Positions 44,429-57,048 of a stretch of DNA of 64,000 bases are shown piece by piece. Each line of letters begins with the position of its first letter. Position 1 is the first letter of the stretch. Origin of the DNA: Macrostomum hystrix (Eukaryota; Animalia; Platyhelminthes); the NCBI GenBank assembly GCA_950097015.1, contig CATNEN010000001.1, positions 2,790,001-2,854,000 of the forward strand, written 5' to 3'. The notes beneath the pieces were generated by a model. That model saw nothing but the letters and a program-made list of their open reading frames with translations. It had not been told where the DNA came from and ran no database searches. The translations under genes and the position numbers were made by a program.

Positions 44429-45829
44429 GTCGCTGCAGAACGGCGGCGCAGATGCAGACGCCTGCGACGCCTGCGGTCGGGGAATCTTCGGCTTTTAAGT
44501 TCTTAAGTCCTATTTAGCGTGTACGCTTGCAACTGCCAATTACAGAACTCAAGAATGTCAGTACATCTTTGTGTCCATGCATGTGTGCGTACATTGGTTT
44601 CGGTTTCTACAGTACATGAATACTAAAAAACCTATATGCTGGTACTGGTTGGTACCTTATTAGAATGCCATTATGCTACGAGCGTATGAATGCTTTTTTT
44701 CCGACCTCCTCAAACCCCTAAAGCTATCTCGTAAAGGGACAGGAAAAATGCAAAATAATAAAAGCGTCATAAATGCAAATGGACTAGACTCAGGTTTTTA
44801 ACTGTGCGCACATCAAATGAATGATATACTATAAGCGGTGGCGGCTCCTCTGTAATGACCCCGCTGCTAAAAACCATGTTTAGAGAAGAATCTTATGGGG
44901 GCATAGAGACATGTGTACGCGTGTACGAGATCTAGGAATTGATGGATTACGAGATCTAGAAATCTGATCTGCTGTCTGCTTTTGAATTAATGAATTTAAA
45001 TAAAAAGAGCGCGGAGGCCTATTTTCGGATAACTGTGTTGCCTTCAATCGACGCCTGACTTGCGTGTTGAGAAAGTGCAAACCCTGGACTGACCTCAGTG
45101 AGACAGGTGGCAAGCTGTCTCGCCGATTACTTGCTGATTGAGAGGGGAAATTCGTGACTGACTTCCACATGTAGGATACATCACTGATCCAAGCCAAGCA
45201 TGGGATGCAATAATACAAATATACATAACAGAGGGCTGTGCAGGAGCAGTCCAAAATTAATACATTTACAGAAATAAGGTCTTTTGCAGACTTTGCACAG
45301 ACCCATGCACAGTAATCAAATGTAATCAGTCGCAATCAACAGTAACGGTTTGTCCGCAGAAAGTTGATGACATTTTAATGACTGAATCTTTCTCCTGTTG
45401 CGCCCGCTTTTGTATGTGCTCCTGCTTAATCTGTGCTCATTATTGCTTATCTGTGCTCATTATTGCTTATGTGCTCATTATTGCTTCTCTGTGCTCATTC
45501 TTGTAGTGCTGTGCTGCGATTCTGGGAACGAATTCTGCTACGGCTTCTGCTACGAATCTATGAGCCTATGAGCCTTTGATTCAACATGCCGCTCACCTTA
45601 TAAACGAGATTTTTTTCCGTCAACCTGTCGAACGCCTTTTTTGCTTATCTTCTCACTCTTGCTTAGCTGTGCTTTTTATTGTTTTTGTGTTTTTTAATTA
45701 CAAAAATAACAGAAAGCGACTCATGCCTGATTGCGAGTATATAGTTAAGCAACTGCTCATGCAACGTGTAAATGAGAAAATTTTGAGATGCTTTGTTTAA
45801 TTCAGATTGCTTCTAGTCTCGAATCGCGA

Positions 45830-46339
45830 TTCGCCTGATTTTTATCTCGGTATGGAATCACTGACTCACAAAGTGAGTTAAATGCTGTGAAGTATTCACT
45901 GATCACACTGGCTAGTAAGTTAAACCTATATGCAGCTGAAGATGCTGCCCAAGTTGCTACTGATAAAGACACCAGTTCAGCTTCCATTGATTTGAGTTCA
46001 GCCACAAATGCCCATTATGGTGACGACAATGATGATGTGGCAGATGAAAGCGGTCTGGCTGATCAAGTGAAGTCATTCCTAGAGAAGAGCTCTAAGCCTA
46101 AAACACACAGCATGTCACTGGAGAGTCGCATTGGTCGAGGGATTGACTTTCTTCGCATTGCACAGCAGCGTGGAGCTTTGCTTGACAAACTATATGAAGC
46201 TGTGATGCTCATCCCTCCGACAAGTGTTGAAACTGAGCGCGCCTTTTCGGTCAGTGGATCTTTTCTGACCAAAGTTCGTTCACGATCCTTTCTGACGAGA
46301 CACTGTCTAGGCTGGTTTTGCTTCGTCATTTCTTTTTGA
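45830..46339 (+). pseudogene. hAT transposase C-terminal dimerisation-domain remnant
   Basis: LDKLYEAVMLIPPTSVETERAFSVSGSFLTKVRSR matches the hAT signature P.TS...ER.FS......R.R. Confidence 0.8.
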
Positions 46340-47172
46340 AAACAGCTTAGCACAATGGACTGAATGAACTTTCAAGTTCCAAGCTGTTGATGCTGATTAC
46401 TAACTTACAAAATAAATACTAAGTCATATATCCGTATTTTGAAACATTGCTCTTGATATAGGTTTATAGGCCTCATAAAAATAATTTATTGATGGATTCT
46501 CGGACTATCTCGGATTCATCTACTGACAAACATATAAAGTACGGTACAGTAGTTGTACTGACTTTAGGTTAAGCCAGATACACACACATATATTTATTAT
46601 TTTGATATGGTCAGTGTTTGTTAAACTCTGACTTACCTCATTATTGGCGTCGTTGCACACCTCATTTTGCTCATAGATGAGTATAAGTTCATGACGAATG
46701 CTTCCCTTTAATTTCCGTTTCTCTGAGGCATTTCATATCCGTGTGACATTCACAAAATCGTGCTGTGCATCCACAAGCTCCATGTATATATCTTACTGAT
46801 AATTTGTAAACGGCTTCTTAAGTAAGTTGTAATAACTCAGGCAGAAGTAAGGCCAGAATTGAAACACAGTAAAGAACCAGTCTGATATCGCGGCTCCTTA
46901 TATATGCGTTCATGCAGTCTAATTAATTTCCAGACCCTGGGGCTGGGGATCCCAGACAGACGGCCCACCCCAGTTGCACCAATTGCATGAGACCAAATTT
47001 TGATTGAGACACAAACAACATCAACGGGGGTGCACCCAGACAGTGGTGACAAGTGCATGCAAACGAGCTAAGCTAACATTGAATGTCACATTAAATAACA
47101 AACAGTATGTCACATAAGTAATTTGGGATGATTAAATCCCAGCTAGGAGGCTGGGATGATTAAAAAAAGACG

Positions 47173-47932
47173 AGCGTGGCACCAATTGTTGGTTTCTTGA
47201 ATTTTCCTAAACGGCAATGGTGCCCACAAGCTCCAGTTCAAGTTTATAACTCTGGCTACAATAGTAATAATTAAGTAGTCTGTGTGGTGGGAAACGCATG
47301 TAGTTAAGGCCAAGCGTGGCACCAATTGTTGGTTTCTTGAATTTTCCTAAACGGCAATGGTGCCCACAAGCTCCAGTTTAAGTTTATAACTCTGGCTACA
47401 ATAGTAATAATTAAGTAGTCTGTGTGGTGGGAAACGCATGTAGTTAAGGCCAAGCGTGGCACCAATTGTTGGTTTCTTGAATTTTCCTAAACGGCAATAG
47501 TGCCCACAAGCTCCAGTTCAAGTTTATAACTCTGGCTACAATAGTAATAATTAAGTAGTCTGTGTGGTGGGAAACGCATGTAGTTAAGGCCAAGCGTGGC
47601 ACCAATTGTTGGTTTCTTGAATTTTCCTAAACGGCAATGGTGCCCACAAGCTCCAGTTTAAGTTTATAACTCTGGCTACAATAGTAATAATTAAGTAGTC
47701 TGTGTGGTGGGAAACGCATGTAGTTAAGGCCAAGCGTGGCACCAATTGTTGGTTTCTTGAATTTTCCTAAACGGCAATGGTGCCCACAAGCTCCAGTTTA
47801 AGTTTATAACTCTGGCTACAATAGTAATAATTAAGTAGTCTGTGTGGTGGGAAACGCATGTAGTTAAGGCCAAGCGTGGCACCAATTGTTGGTTTCTTGA
47901 ATTTTCCAAAACGGCAATGGTGCCCACAAGCT
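47173..47932. repeat. 140-bp tandem repeat, ~5.4 near-identical copies
   Basis: Units start at 47173, 47313, 47453, 47593, 47733 and 47873. Confidence 0.95.
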
Positions 47933-48381
47933 CTCTCTGTCACCTCACCCTCTCCTCTCTGTGCCCTCACTCTCTCCTCTCTGTCACCTCGCTCTCTCCT
48001 GTCACCTCACCCTGTGATTCCAAGAAAGAAGTAATAATAAAAATAAAATAATAATAATTTTAGTCAGTATACCTTGCAGCAGGTCACCTATGCTGTGCCT
48101 GTGCGGCACAATTTTTGCCAATGAGATGCGCTGATATGTTTTGATAAATTAGCTTATGTATTTTCCCCGAAGTTTGACACGGAAAAGAATTGGTGAAAAG
48201 TCCTAGTTTGACAGAAACATTAATTGAACAAAGTACAGACCCTCACGTAAAAACACATACAGTGCACGCACAGTGAGCATAAAGAAAGCAGGAATTAGAG
48301 TTTGAGATTTTATCTTTGTCAAACGCGTATAGAACTTCAGAACTCTCTCCTCTCACTCCGCTGCTCGTTTGCAAGGGAGCA

Positions 48382-48551
48382 CGACCATTGAAGAAATTGC
48401 ATGACTACCAGGGAAAACTGAATAATTTAGTCATCGGAAAATATTCTGAACAGTTTGACTCTAGCTCTCCTCTGACCATTGAAGAATTTGCATGACTACC
48501 ACGGAAAACTGAATAATTTAGTCATCGGAACATATTCTGAACAGTCTGACT
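48382..48551. repeat. ~92-bp tandem duplication
   Basis: gaccattgaagaa.ttgcatgactacca.ggaaaactgaataatttagtcatcggaa.atattctgaacagt occurs twice. Confidence 0.85.
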
Positions 48552-48736
48552 CCTGAATTCTCTAGCTCTCCTCTGATCATTGCTGCCACACCTGGGCTAA
48601 ATTACTCTAGCTAAGTGTAATGACTATAGGTAAGTCAAATACATGCACAAGTAGGATTGCAGGCAAGCAGACAAGAAAGGTGTACACACGCATATGAGCA
48701 TTGACACTTGTATGGATATGAACGCATATGAAGCAA

Positions 48737-49395
48737 TTATGAAGTCAGATTGGCCGAGTTCGCATAACAACAAAACGCCTTGGACGACTGGAGGGAATTG
48801 AAAATTGAAAAAAGCACCGACAAATAATTGAATGGATCGTCATTTCCATTGTGTTGAATGCTCGCGCACGTCATCATTTTGACATCAGAATTGTAGCTTA
48901 AAGCTGCAGCGGAGCGTTGATTACAACTGTAGTCTTGGGCCCCAGGCACCTGTGGATTTAAATCAACTGAATGAGCACTGGTAGGTTGACCAGCTGCTGG
49001 AAGAGCCGGCGATATTTCGTTGGCAGGAGTACCGCAAGTTTTACCACCAACAGCGATGTTGCGTAGCTCGTCAATGAAACTTAATGCAGCAAGGTTAGCA
49101 GCTTTGAAGTCCTCAGTCGAGATGATGATTCTATCGCCTCCTCTTCTCCCGCGATTGTGAATGAGCATGTGCGTATCGAATCCCGAAATGATAGTAGAGC
49201 AATATGGACAGAGATAAAAATAGGAGACAACTCCAGCTTATGTTGTAGGCGACAGTAGCGAAGGTTGGCGTCGATTCGCTTTTCAGATAGGTCCGGATGA
49301 GCTCGGCGGCAATGCTGTTTAAAACCTGATGCCCTGCCACTCCAGTGGCACTGAAGACACGTAATCGCGGCGTGAATGTTGGGAGGTGTCATCAA
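48737..49395 (-). pseudogene. Small C2H2/BED-like zinc-finger gene remnant downstream of the KDZ gene
   Basis: CLQC...FKQHCRRAH, followed by a second frame (48737-49168). Confidence 0.35.
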
Positions 49396-50184
49396 CTTTC
49401 AATGGAAGTGATGCTGGCCTGAAATTTATTCGAGATTGAAGTTTGAAACGTTGACAATTAAAGCTAGACCCAAAATGAAGCCGTGAACGCTAATATTTAA
49501 AAACTAATAACGACATTGATCTGTCATGCATATAATTGTATAAAGCAGGTAGTCTATTCTCAAATGCACATCTATCTCAATTTGTCCTAGCTGTTCCCTG
49601 CACAGCCAACTAATGAGCAGAAAGAAAGCGCATCTAAAAAACAAGAAATGAAAAAATAAGAACAAGAAAAACTGTTTAGGAGCCCCTCCATTTATTTGAC
49701 AGACAGTGAAACTGTGAGCTATATAATAATAATAAAACGGAATTGAACAGAAAAGCTGATAAATGAACGAATTTAATAGTGTCATAAGTCCCACGAATAA
49801 AAACAGCTAACGTAAGTACACTGCCAGTCCGCTGGATAGTGCAAACATGCACGGTAAGATTGGCAGCGCACGGTAATTAGCAGATTTTATTCACGCTCAA
49901 CGAGTCCGCCGCGAGAAGGCTGACACATGGGCTCATGAAATTAGCGCTTTAGCGCTTCACAGCACATTGAATTGCATGTGCAAAGTGACCTGCAAAAAGT
50001 TTGCTAGTTGAAAGAAATGTGTCCAAACTTTGGGCTTACTGGTATTAATTTTAGCGCTCTTAAACTTAACGCTTCACAGCACCCACACAAAAGTAGGTGC
50101 AGAGTGACTTTACAAGGCAGCGCGTCTTCAATTAAAAACACAAGTAACGGTGGAATCATTAGTACGAGTACACTGGTTGGATAC

Positions 50185-51294
50185 TTAATCGGAGTCGCTA
50201 TCAGAAGACCCCGAATCTTCTGAAGCAACCGCTTCATTAGCGCTCTGACTCAGTGTGCTTAGGGAGAACTTATTCGCAAGAAGATATTTTACAGCATCAG
50301 TCACGCTTTTACTTGCAACATCTTCAAGCAGTCTTCTAAACAATTCCCGAAATTGAGCGGCTAAGCCCGGCTGATTCGCTAAGTCATCACAGAGGCTCTG
50401 CAAATTAACCTGAAGGTCAACCCACTCATCTGAAATAATATGCGCTTCTTCTTTTAGGCGTTTATATTTGTTACTGACGTCTATAGCCCGCTGACGAAAT
50501 CGGATGGAAAGGTCGGTTCCAGACAAATGTTCATATTTCGCACTACGCGGTTTTTTATATTCATCGAAAGAAGCTCTGTCTTCAATTGGAAGACGAGCGT
50601 AGAGTTTTTTCATGTCGGATGCATAACTTTTGAACCTTTCGCAAGCACATTCTGGTTTGACTTTGGCCAACCGACTTACCAACCTGTTTACTCCAATGAT
50701 CTCTGTGCACTGCAAGAGCGCGTAGCTCACATAGGATATCATCTTCCGAGTTGTGTACAGCTACTCGGAGGGAATCTTCATACCATTGGGAGCCTAAATC
50801 CAAAATTTCATCCTCAGAGATGACCAGACTGTCATTTAGGACCTCCGAGTGCTGCAAAATCGCAGACTGGCTTTGTAGCTCTTTTAGTTTACTTAGAATG
50901 CTTTTTCCTGCACCTACCATAAGCTTAATACGTTGTGTAAACCACCCAGAAGCGCTAAGAAGCTGTTGTGCATTAAAGAAGTATAGAATATGCGCCATGT
51001 ATTGTGCTAGTCGGTCTTTTCGCATGTACTTTAAAACTTACCTAACGGCCTGAGTTGAGACCAGGCTCGCTCAGAGACCTGCGCCTGGAGAAACGCGAAC
51101 AGAAAACTTTTTTGACAACTGGGCAGGTGACCAAGAGCATGAAAAGCGTTTATTGCACAGCTACTCGCTTGAATGTTGGCACCAGACTTCGCAATAGCGG
51201 ACGTAACCCGGCTGGATACGCGACAGCCTGTGAATTGGGATAAAGAGTAATTCATGTTGTCATATAACTGTACACAAGCAACAGTATTTCATAG
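50185..51294 (-). pseudogene. KDZ (Kyakuja-Dileera-Zisupton)-type transposase, C-terminal part, frameshifted
   Basis: LYD..., AINAFHALGHLPSCQ, ERAWSQL, YMRKDR...FN, AIDVSNKYKRLKEEAHII and an acidic tail. Cut by LTR copy C. A possible upstream piece (ILFAHKGFFP) lies at ~53986-54045. Confidence 0.7.
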
Positions 51295-53586
51295 TGAAAT
51301 GGGTGGGTGTTGCAAGCGCTGACCTGCACTCATGAGAGAAGATTCTTAGGGCGGGCGACAGAGTCGACTTAATGACCGCTTAGCTACGCGCGAGATTTCG
51401 CGGAAAGAGAGATGAGATGAAGGGAGGTTCAGCGGATGCAGGGAGTGGTCCTATCGGCCTCAGGCTGGCCAGTCCCACTCGTCCCATAGGCCACAGGCGT
51501 GACGGCCGTGCCTACCCCAAGCAATGCTCGAAACCGGCTAAAAGTCTAAGAAGAGGGTCGGACTGCCCGGAATCGGACAGGGCAGGGCTAACTAGTCTAC
51601 TGCCGTCAGTAGCATGTAAGTAACCGACTCCTAACCTTGGTAGCGGTGGTCGAAACGGCCCAGGCTCTTGTCACAGAAGTGCGGAAAGGCTATCGGCAAA
51701 GCGGAAAATGATCTCGGGTAGCGCCACCACCCAATGCGCTTACGTTGCCACCGCAGACATTTGGGAACTTGGGTCCCCGGAGTACACAGCTCCTAGTTTA
51801 TCACGCAGATCTAGACAAGCCGAAAAAAGGGCATTCTGCAACTTCCGTTTTAGACTGGGGTGAGAGCCCCAGAATGGATCGAGACACGCCTCAAAAGGGG
51901 ATTCCTGAATTCGCGCTACAGGGGTCTAGAAAGGTGGTACTAAGAACTCGAATGAAAATCCATAGCCGGAATCCTACTCATGAAACATCAGACACATTCT
52001 TACATTAGACTGCAGCCTACTCATGAAGTAACTAGCAAATCCGAATCTGTGCGAGTTGAGGAAATCAGAGGCTGGAGAGGTTAAGCAGAACACTGGCTGA
52101 GTGATTATGCAAGCGAAAGATTAAATGATCATCGCCCTCGCTTCCGTGGCGGCAGTTGCGAAAGGCGGGGAACAGAGGGGAAACTCGATTGGCAGGGGAG
52201 TTTGACACGTACTCCTTGATCCGCCAGGAAGAGAGGAAAAACCCGCCAAGGAATTCCCCATCCCTAGCAGAGAAACACATGCTACGCTCCGCATTTTGCT
52301 CACAAATCCCTAGCCCCTTATTACTCTTATGCGCGCTTACAGTTGTCCTCCTGCCGCAGCCTTCAGCTCGGCATCACCAGAACCCGCCCCCTAGGCGATT
52401 AGCCACTCATGATCGAGGGCTGTCTAGTGAAAAAGTAAAAGTGAAAGAGAGACATAGTAAAAGGATTAAGTTGGTTTTAAAAATAGCCCAATAAGTTAAA
52501 AGTGCTGAAGAGTTAAAAGTTTATTAGGCTGAAGAATTCCCTAGCTCCCCTCCCACTAAGTGCCACCTAACTAAGAGTAAATTGTCCCTTAAGATTAACA
52601 ATAACAAACCGCTGCGCGGATTACTTATCTGAATCTCGCTTGGCCGCGTGCTGCAGTCCCGTTGTTCTCGGGGAGAAAGGATGGGGCAAAAACAGCAAGG
52701 CAGAGAAAGGAAAACTTCTGCGAGTTGGCAGGGGCCAACACACTGGGAGCTCAGTGGCTCAATTTAGTGCTCACCTAAAGAGGTGGCTTGCGCTCAGGGG
52801 AGTGGAAACAGGCAATGGGCCTGTACTAGCTGCACGGAGCTCAAGGCTCAAGGGGCTAAGCCCTACGTGGGTCCGGAAAAGTGCTCTGGGTCCGGTGGGA
52901 GTCCGGCCCGGCAAGGAGATAGGTCCGGAAAAAGGAAAGGTAAGGTTGTCCTAGGGGCAGCGCAGCGCGCTTTCTTATATAGTCCTGCAGCACGCCAACC
53001 CCGACATCCATCAAAACAACCCACATTCGCGCCAGCCTGTCAACGGGGGAATCGAAGCGGCGATGGCCGCCCCGATTACCCAATGAACCGACGGCGGGAA
53101 ACGACAGATGTTCTGCTCGAACAGCCGTCGGCAGTCGGCCAATGATTGTTACTCCGCCGGGACAATGGGAAGCGCAGGCGCCGACCTGCCTACAGTGACA
53201 TTTACATGTATCTAAAGGAGGGAGGTCATAAAGTCGAGCTGGGCTCGAATACTGTAAAGAAGTGGGGACATGAAGAATTAATGATCACTCATAATTCCCG
53301 AGTGATTCCCAATATCTGATCGCGGTTTGGAGGGGAATTATGACCTAAACTACTCATACAATGAAAGCTGTGGCCGCGATCAGTCATTCCTACAGGGGTC
53401 TAGACAGATCCAGGGAGAGGGGATTCGACGGCTACTTAATTCACCGCCGCCCCAAACCCGGCCCTAAGATTAATGATCGTGTTTGCGGCCAGCTGCTATG
53501 TGGGTCGCAATTATTAGGTACTTAAAAATTTGAAAAATTATGCTGGCTCACACTCCCACTCGATTCCCGCAGCACACTCCACATCA
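51295..53586 (-). repeat. LTR copy C (3' LTR), followed by PPT and ~400 bp of internal sequence to ~53985
   Basis: tgaaatgg...ccacatca. 53587-53985 matches 22928-~23325. Confidence 0.92.
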
Positions 53587-55966
53587 CTCCACCTTCGCTC
53601 ACTTTCACGTAAGACACTTACGTGCCTACTGACAGTAGTAGCGGGGTGTCTCGAGAATCGAGGGGATAAAAATAATAATTACCTACAACATACTGTACAG
53701 AACCCTAAGAATTCCGCTAGAGAAGAAATCCTAATGCGTACATACGTACGGACACTATAAATAGATTGGTGCGAGAGTATAGAATGGTCGGCGCCCCTAG
53801 TGATTACGGTATAGCGTCCTATGGGGTGTGGGTGCGCATTCCGGTCGCGGCGAAAAGAGTTCCTCGATGCCCAGGGGTGTGCCTAGTCCCGGCTCGCCTT
53901 CTTCTCCAGGTGGTCGCAGCTGTGCCCATCTTCTCCTGCCCGGCTTGGTCTCGGTTGCGCAATCCTGGGGGCCCCGGCCGTCTTTCCACTGGAAAGAAGC
54001 CTTTATGTGCAAAGAGTATGCATTCGTTTTTTTGAGATCTTGCCCTATTAACTATTTACCAAAGCCTACTTGACTCAATGTTAAAGTTACTTATATTGGT
54101 GGTGCATGTCACATATTACATTTTTATAATTTCTTTCTGGCACACAGAGCCACCTTTCTGAATCTGGAAGAAGGCTAGGAGGCTAGGTCTAAAGACCAAA
54201 TGAAATTAGTGACTGTGTTGCTTCATAAAAAGTTGCAGAGCTTGGTACACTGTTAAGCAAGAAATGCAAAGAAACTAGCAGCAGAACTTAACAAATAAAA
54301 GTGAATATTATAGTCGGACAACTGTTTCTAATTTAATACACACTGGCACAACCTCTAACAAAATTTTGGATTAACCTATCTTCAATGTAAACTAAATATG
54401 AGTAAATGCTTATAGGCACTAACTATAGTACTGGTTTACTGCCGAGTTAACTAGTTTCTAACCTGCCAAAGGCCTGCCAAAGATAGTCAGATAATATTTC
54501 CTATTCAATACTAGCTATCTAGAGTGCTATATTACATCATATTAACCATGTAATTTTGCCATATAGCGACATGTCATTTTCCAACTGACATTGTTTAGAC
54601 ATTTATCGAGTTTTTAATTACCTGCAGGCGCAGCTAAAACTTGTGCAAATGACTCTGATTAGTCCAAAACTAAGTGAAGAGTGAAGTAAACAATACTAAT
54701 ATTTTTCTTTTTAACCTTAATTACGATTTACGAAGAACGAAATTAGCTACCAAAGTGGCAATAATCTAGAAAAAGTAACAGTAATGCGGAATGATTGCAA
54801 TTGGTATAATCTTGTACTTTTTTGTCCCGATTTAGCTGTCTTTCACTTTTAGTTCAACTAAAAATTAAAATTTGAAACCGCAAAAAACAACATGGCGGAC
54901 AACTCCGACGAACATGCATCTGAAAGTATTAAAACCGCGCCAAAAAAATCTGCAGAGCCTTCTTTATGTATATGTTTAAGAACTTAATTATTTGTTTTTT
55001 CAAAGCAGTATTAAGTAGCCTATACCTTTATTACGATTTTGTTTTTTTTAACTTAAATGTTACGAGTACGTTACGGTTTACATACGTAAGTTGCGGGTAA
55101 TATCGAGCCGATCTTCAAGAAAGGAAAATAATGTGTTTCGTAGCTAATTATTTGGAATACCTTGGCTTTTCGAGAATTATTAAATTAAGACCTAATATAC
55201 CAGAAAGTCTCACGGTTTCCCTACTTTGTAGCAGAACACGAAAGCTCAGACACTTTTATTAAAAAAATATATAATATTTGTAGATGAATTAACTATATCG
55301 ATATTTCAGTAGGTTGAACTCGTACGATTATACTGCTTTTTTGCAACAGAATGCAATGACTTTGCATTAATTAGATTTATAAATTGGTCGATTATTTATA
55401 TGTTGATTTCTGTCGAAAATGTTAAATGTTCCGGAAACTTTATGTAACTCTAAACAAAGTAAAACATTTAGTTACTGGTGTGAGGAATAGTAAGGCATTG
55501 CACTCCGTACCCTACAAAATTTAAACGCTGTTTTGCCGTTTTTATGCAGTGTGTTTAAATAATTCTTTTAGCGAACTATTTTCGCTTCAACCTTTCTTTT
55601 AAGTTACTTTTATGCTTAAAAAATAACGATTTTATGACTTTTGCCTTGCTGGTCTTTATTTAAAACTTCATGGATTACATGTAATGACAAAAATAAGTAG
55701 AATGTTTGGTGCAACGATAAATCGATGACTTTCGTTACGGGTGCTAATAATTTAGACTTCTGCTGAGTATTTGTAATATTGACGTTCACCCTTTTGGTTT
55801 TTGAAGCTTCGCAGATTTGGGGACCTGCTGGACCCGTCGTTAAAAAAATGGAGCGATTCGCTAGCTCGCGATATATTTGCTTGCGTTGCTAATATTGCGT
55901 TGCGAATTTGATCGCTACGATGGCCATTGCTTAAAATAAGTAAGCACAAGCTGCAGCCTGCAGCCA

Positions 55967-56605
55967 AAAAAGTATTCGAACGAAAGAATATACTAATAAA
56001 TAGTAATTCTTCGTTGTATATGGGCAATTTCATGTGGTGAAACTGGTAGCACGTCTGCGTGACAACTGCGGGTCGTTGGTTCGACTCATTTTTTATTTAA
56101 ATTAATGATTATATGTTTTGCAGAACAACAAGAACATCATATAAGCCTACTCATTTCTTAATCCGGCTGAGTAAGAAAAAAAGCGGTTTTACGCTGATTT
56201 ACATAAATATCAGCACTATACAGTACACTCGAAGCACCAAAGGAATCACATACAGTAGGATAGCCTATATGTTTTGGAAAACTCTGAAAAAGTATTCGAA
56301 CGAAAGAATATACTAATAAATAGTAATTCTTCGTTGTATATGGGCAATGTCATGTGGTGAAACTGGTAGCACGTCTGCCTGACAAATGCGGGTCGTTGGT
56401 TCGACTCATTTTTTATTTAAATTAATGATTATATGTTTTGCAGAACAACAAGAACATCATATAAGCCTACTCATTTCTTAATCCGGCTGAGTAAGAAAAA
56501 AAGCGGTTTTACGCTGATTTACATAAATATCAGCGCTATACAGTACACTCGAAGCACCAAAGGAATCACATACAGTAGGATAGCCTATATGTTTTGGAAA
56601 ACTCT
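55967..56605. repeat. 320-bp tandem duplication
   Basis: aaaaagtattcgaacg...ggaaaactct occurs twice; the duplicated ORFs are exactly 320 bp apart. Confidence 0.92.
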
Positions 56606-57048
56606 TTGTCTTGCATGGCAATCATGCTTTTGGTTGGCTGGCCCAACGTCACCTTCCTATCCCATATCCGAGGCCCACACCAGGAGCGCACCCTGGGCCC
56701 ATGGGCTGGGCCCATGAGCTGCGATCGGCTAGCCCAGCTCACCTCACCATGAGGGCACCCTGGCTAGGCGCACAATAAACGCATGAGCTGAGGCCGGCTA
56801 GCCCGCGGCCATAGACTGACTGGCCCCCCAAGCAGCACTGAGACTGAGTGCGGTGAGTGCGGTGGCGTCCCAGTGCGCAGGGCTCTCCGGTCGATATTTC
56901 TCTCCAGCCAGCCTGGGATAGAAGAAAGAGAGAGGCTGGCGTACAGTGCTTTGCTAAAATATACAGAGGCTTAGCCTCTCCCACTGAAGAGAAGAGAAAG
57001 ATTTTTCAACACAGGTCCCCTGTCATTCGGACTACTTCTAACTTTCAG

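Noticed and set aside
47173-47932. CRISPR-like array
   Set aside because: Whole units are identical with no unique spacers, the context is eukaryotic, and there are no cas genes.
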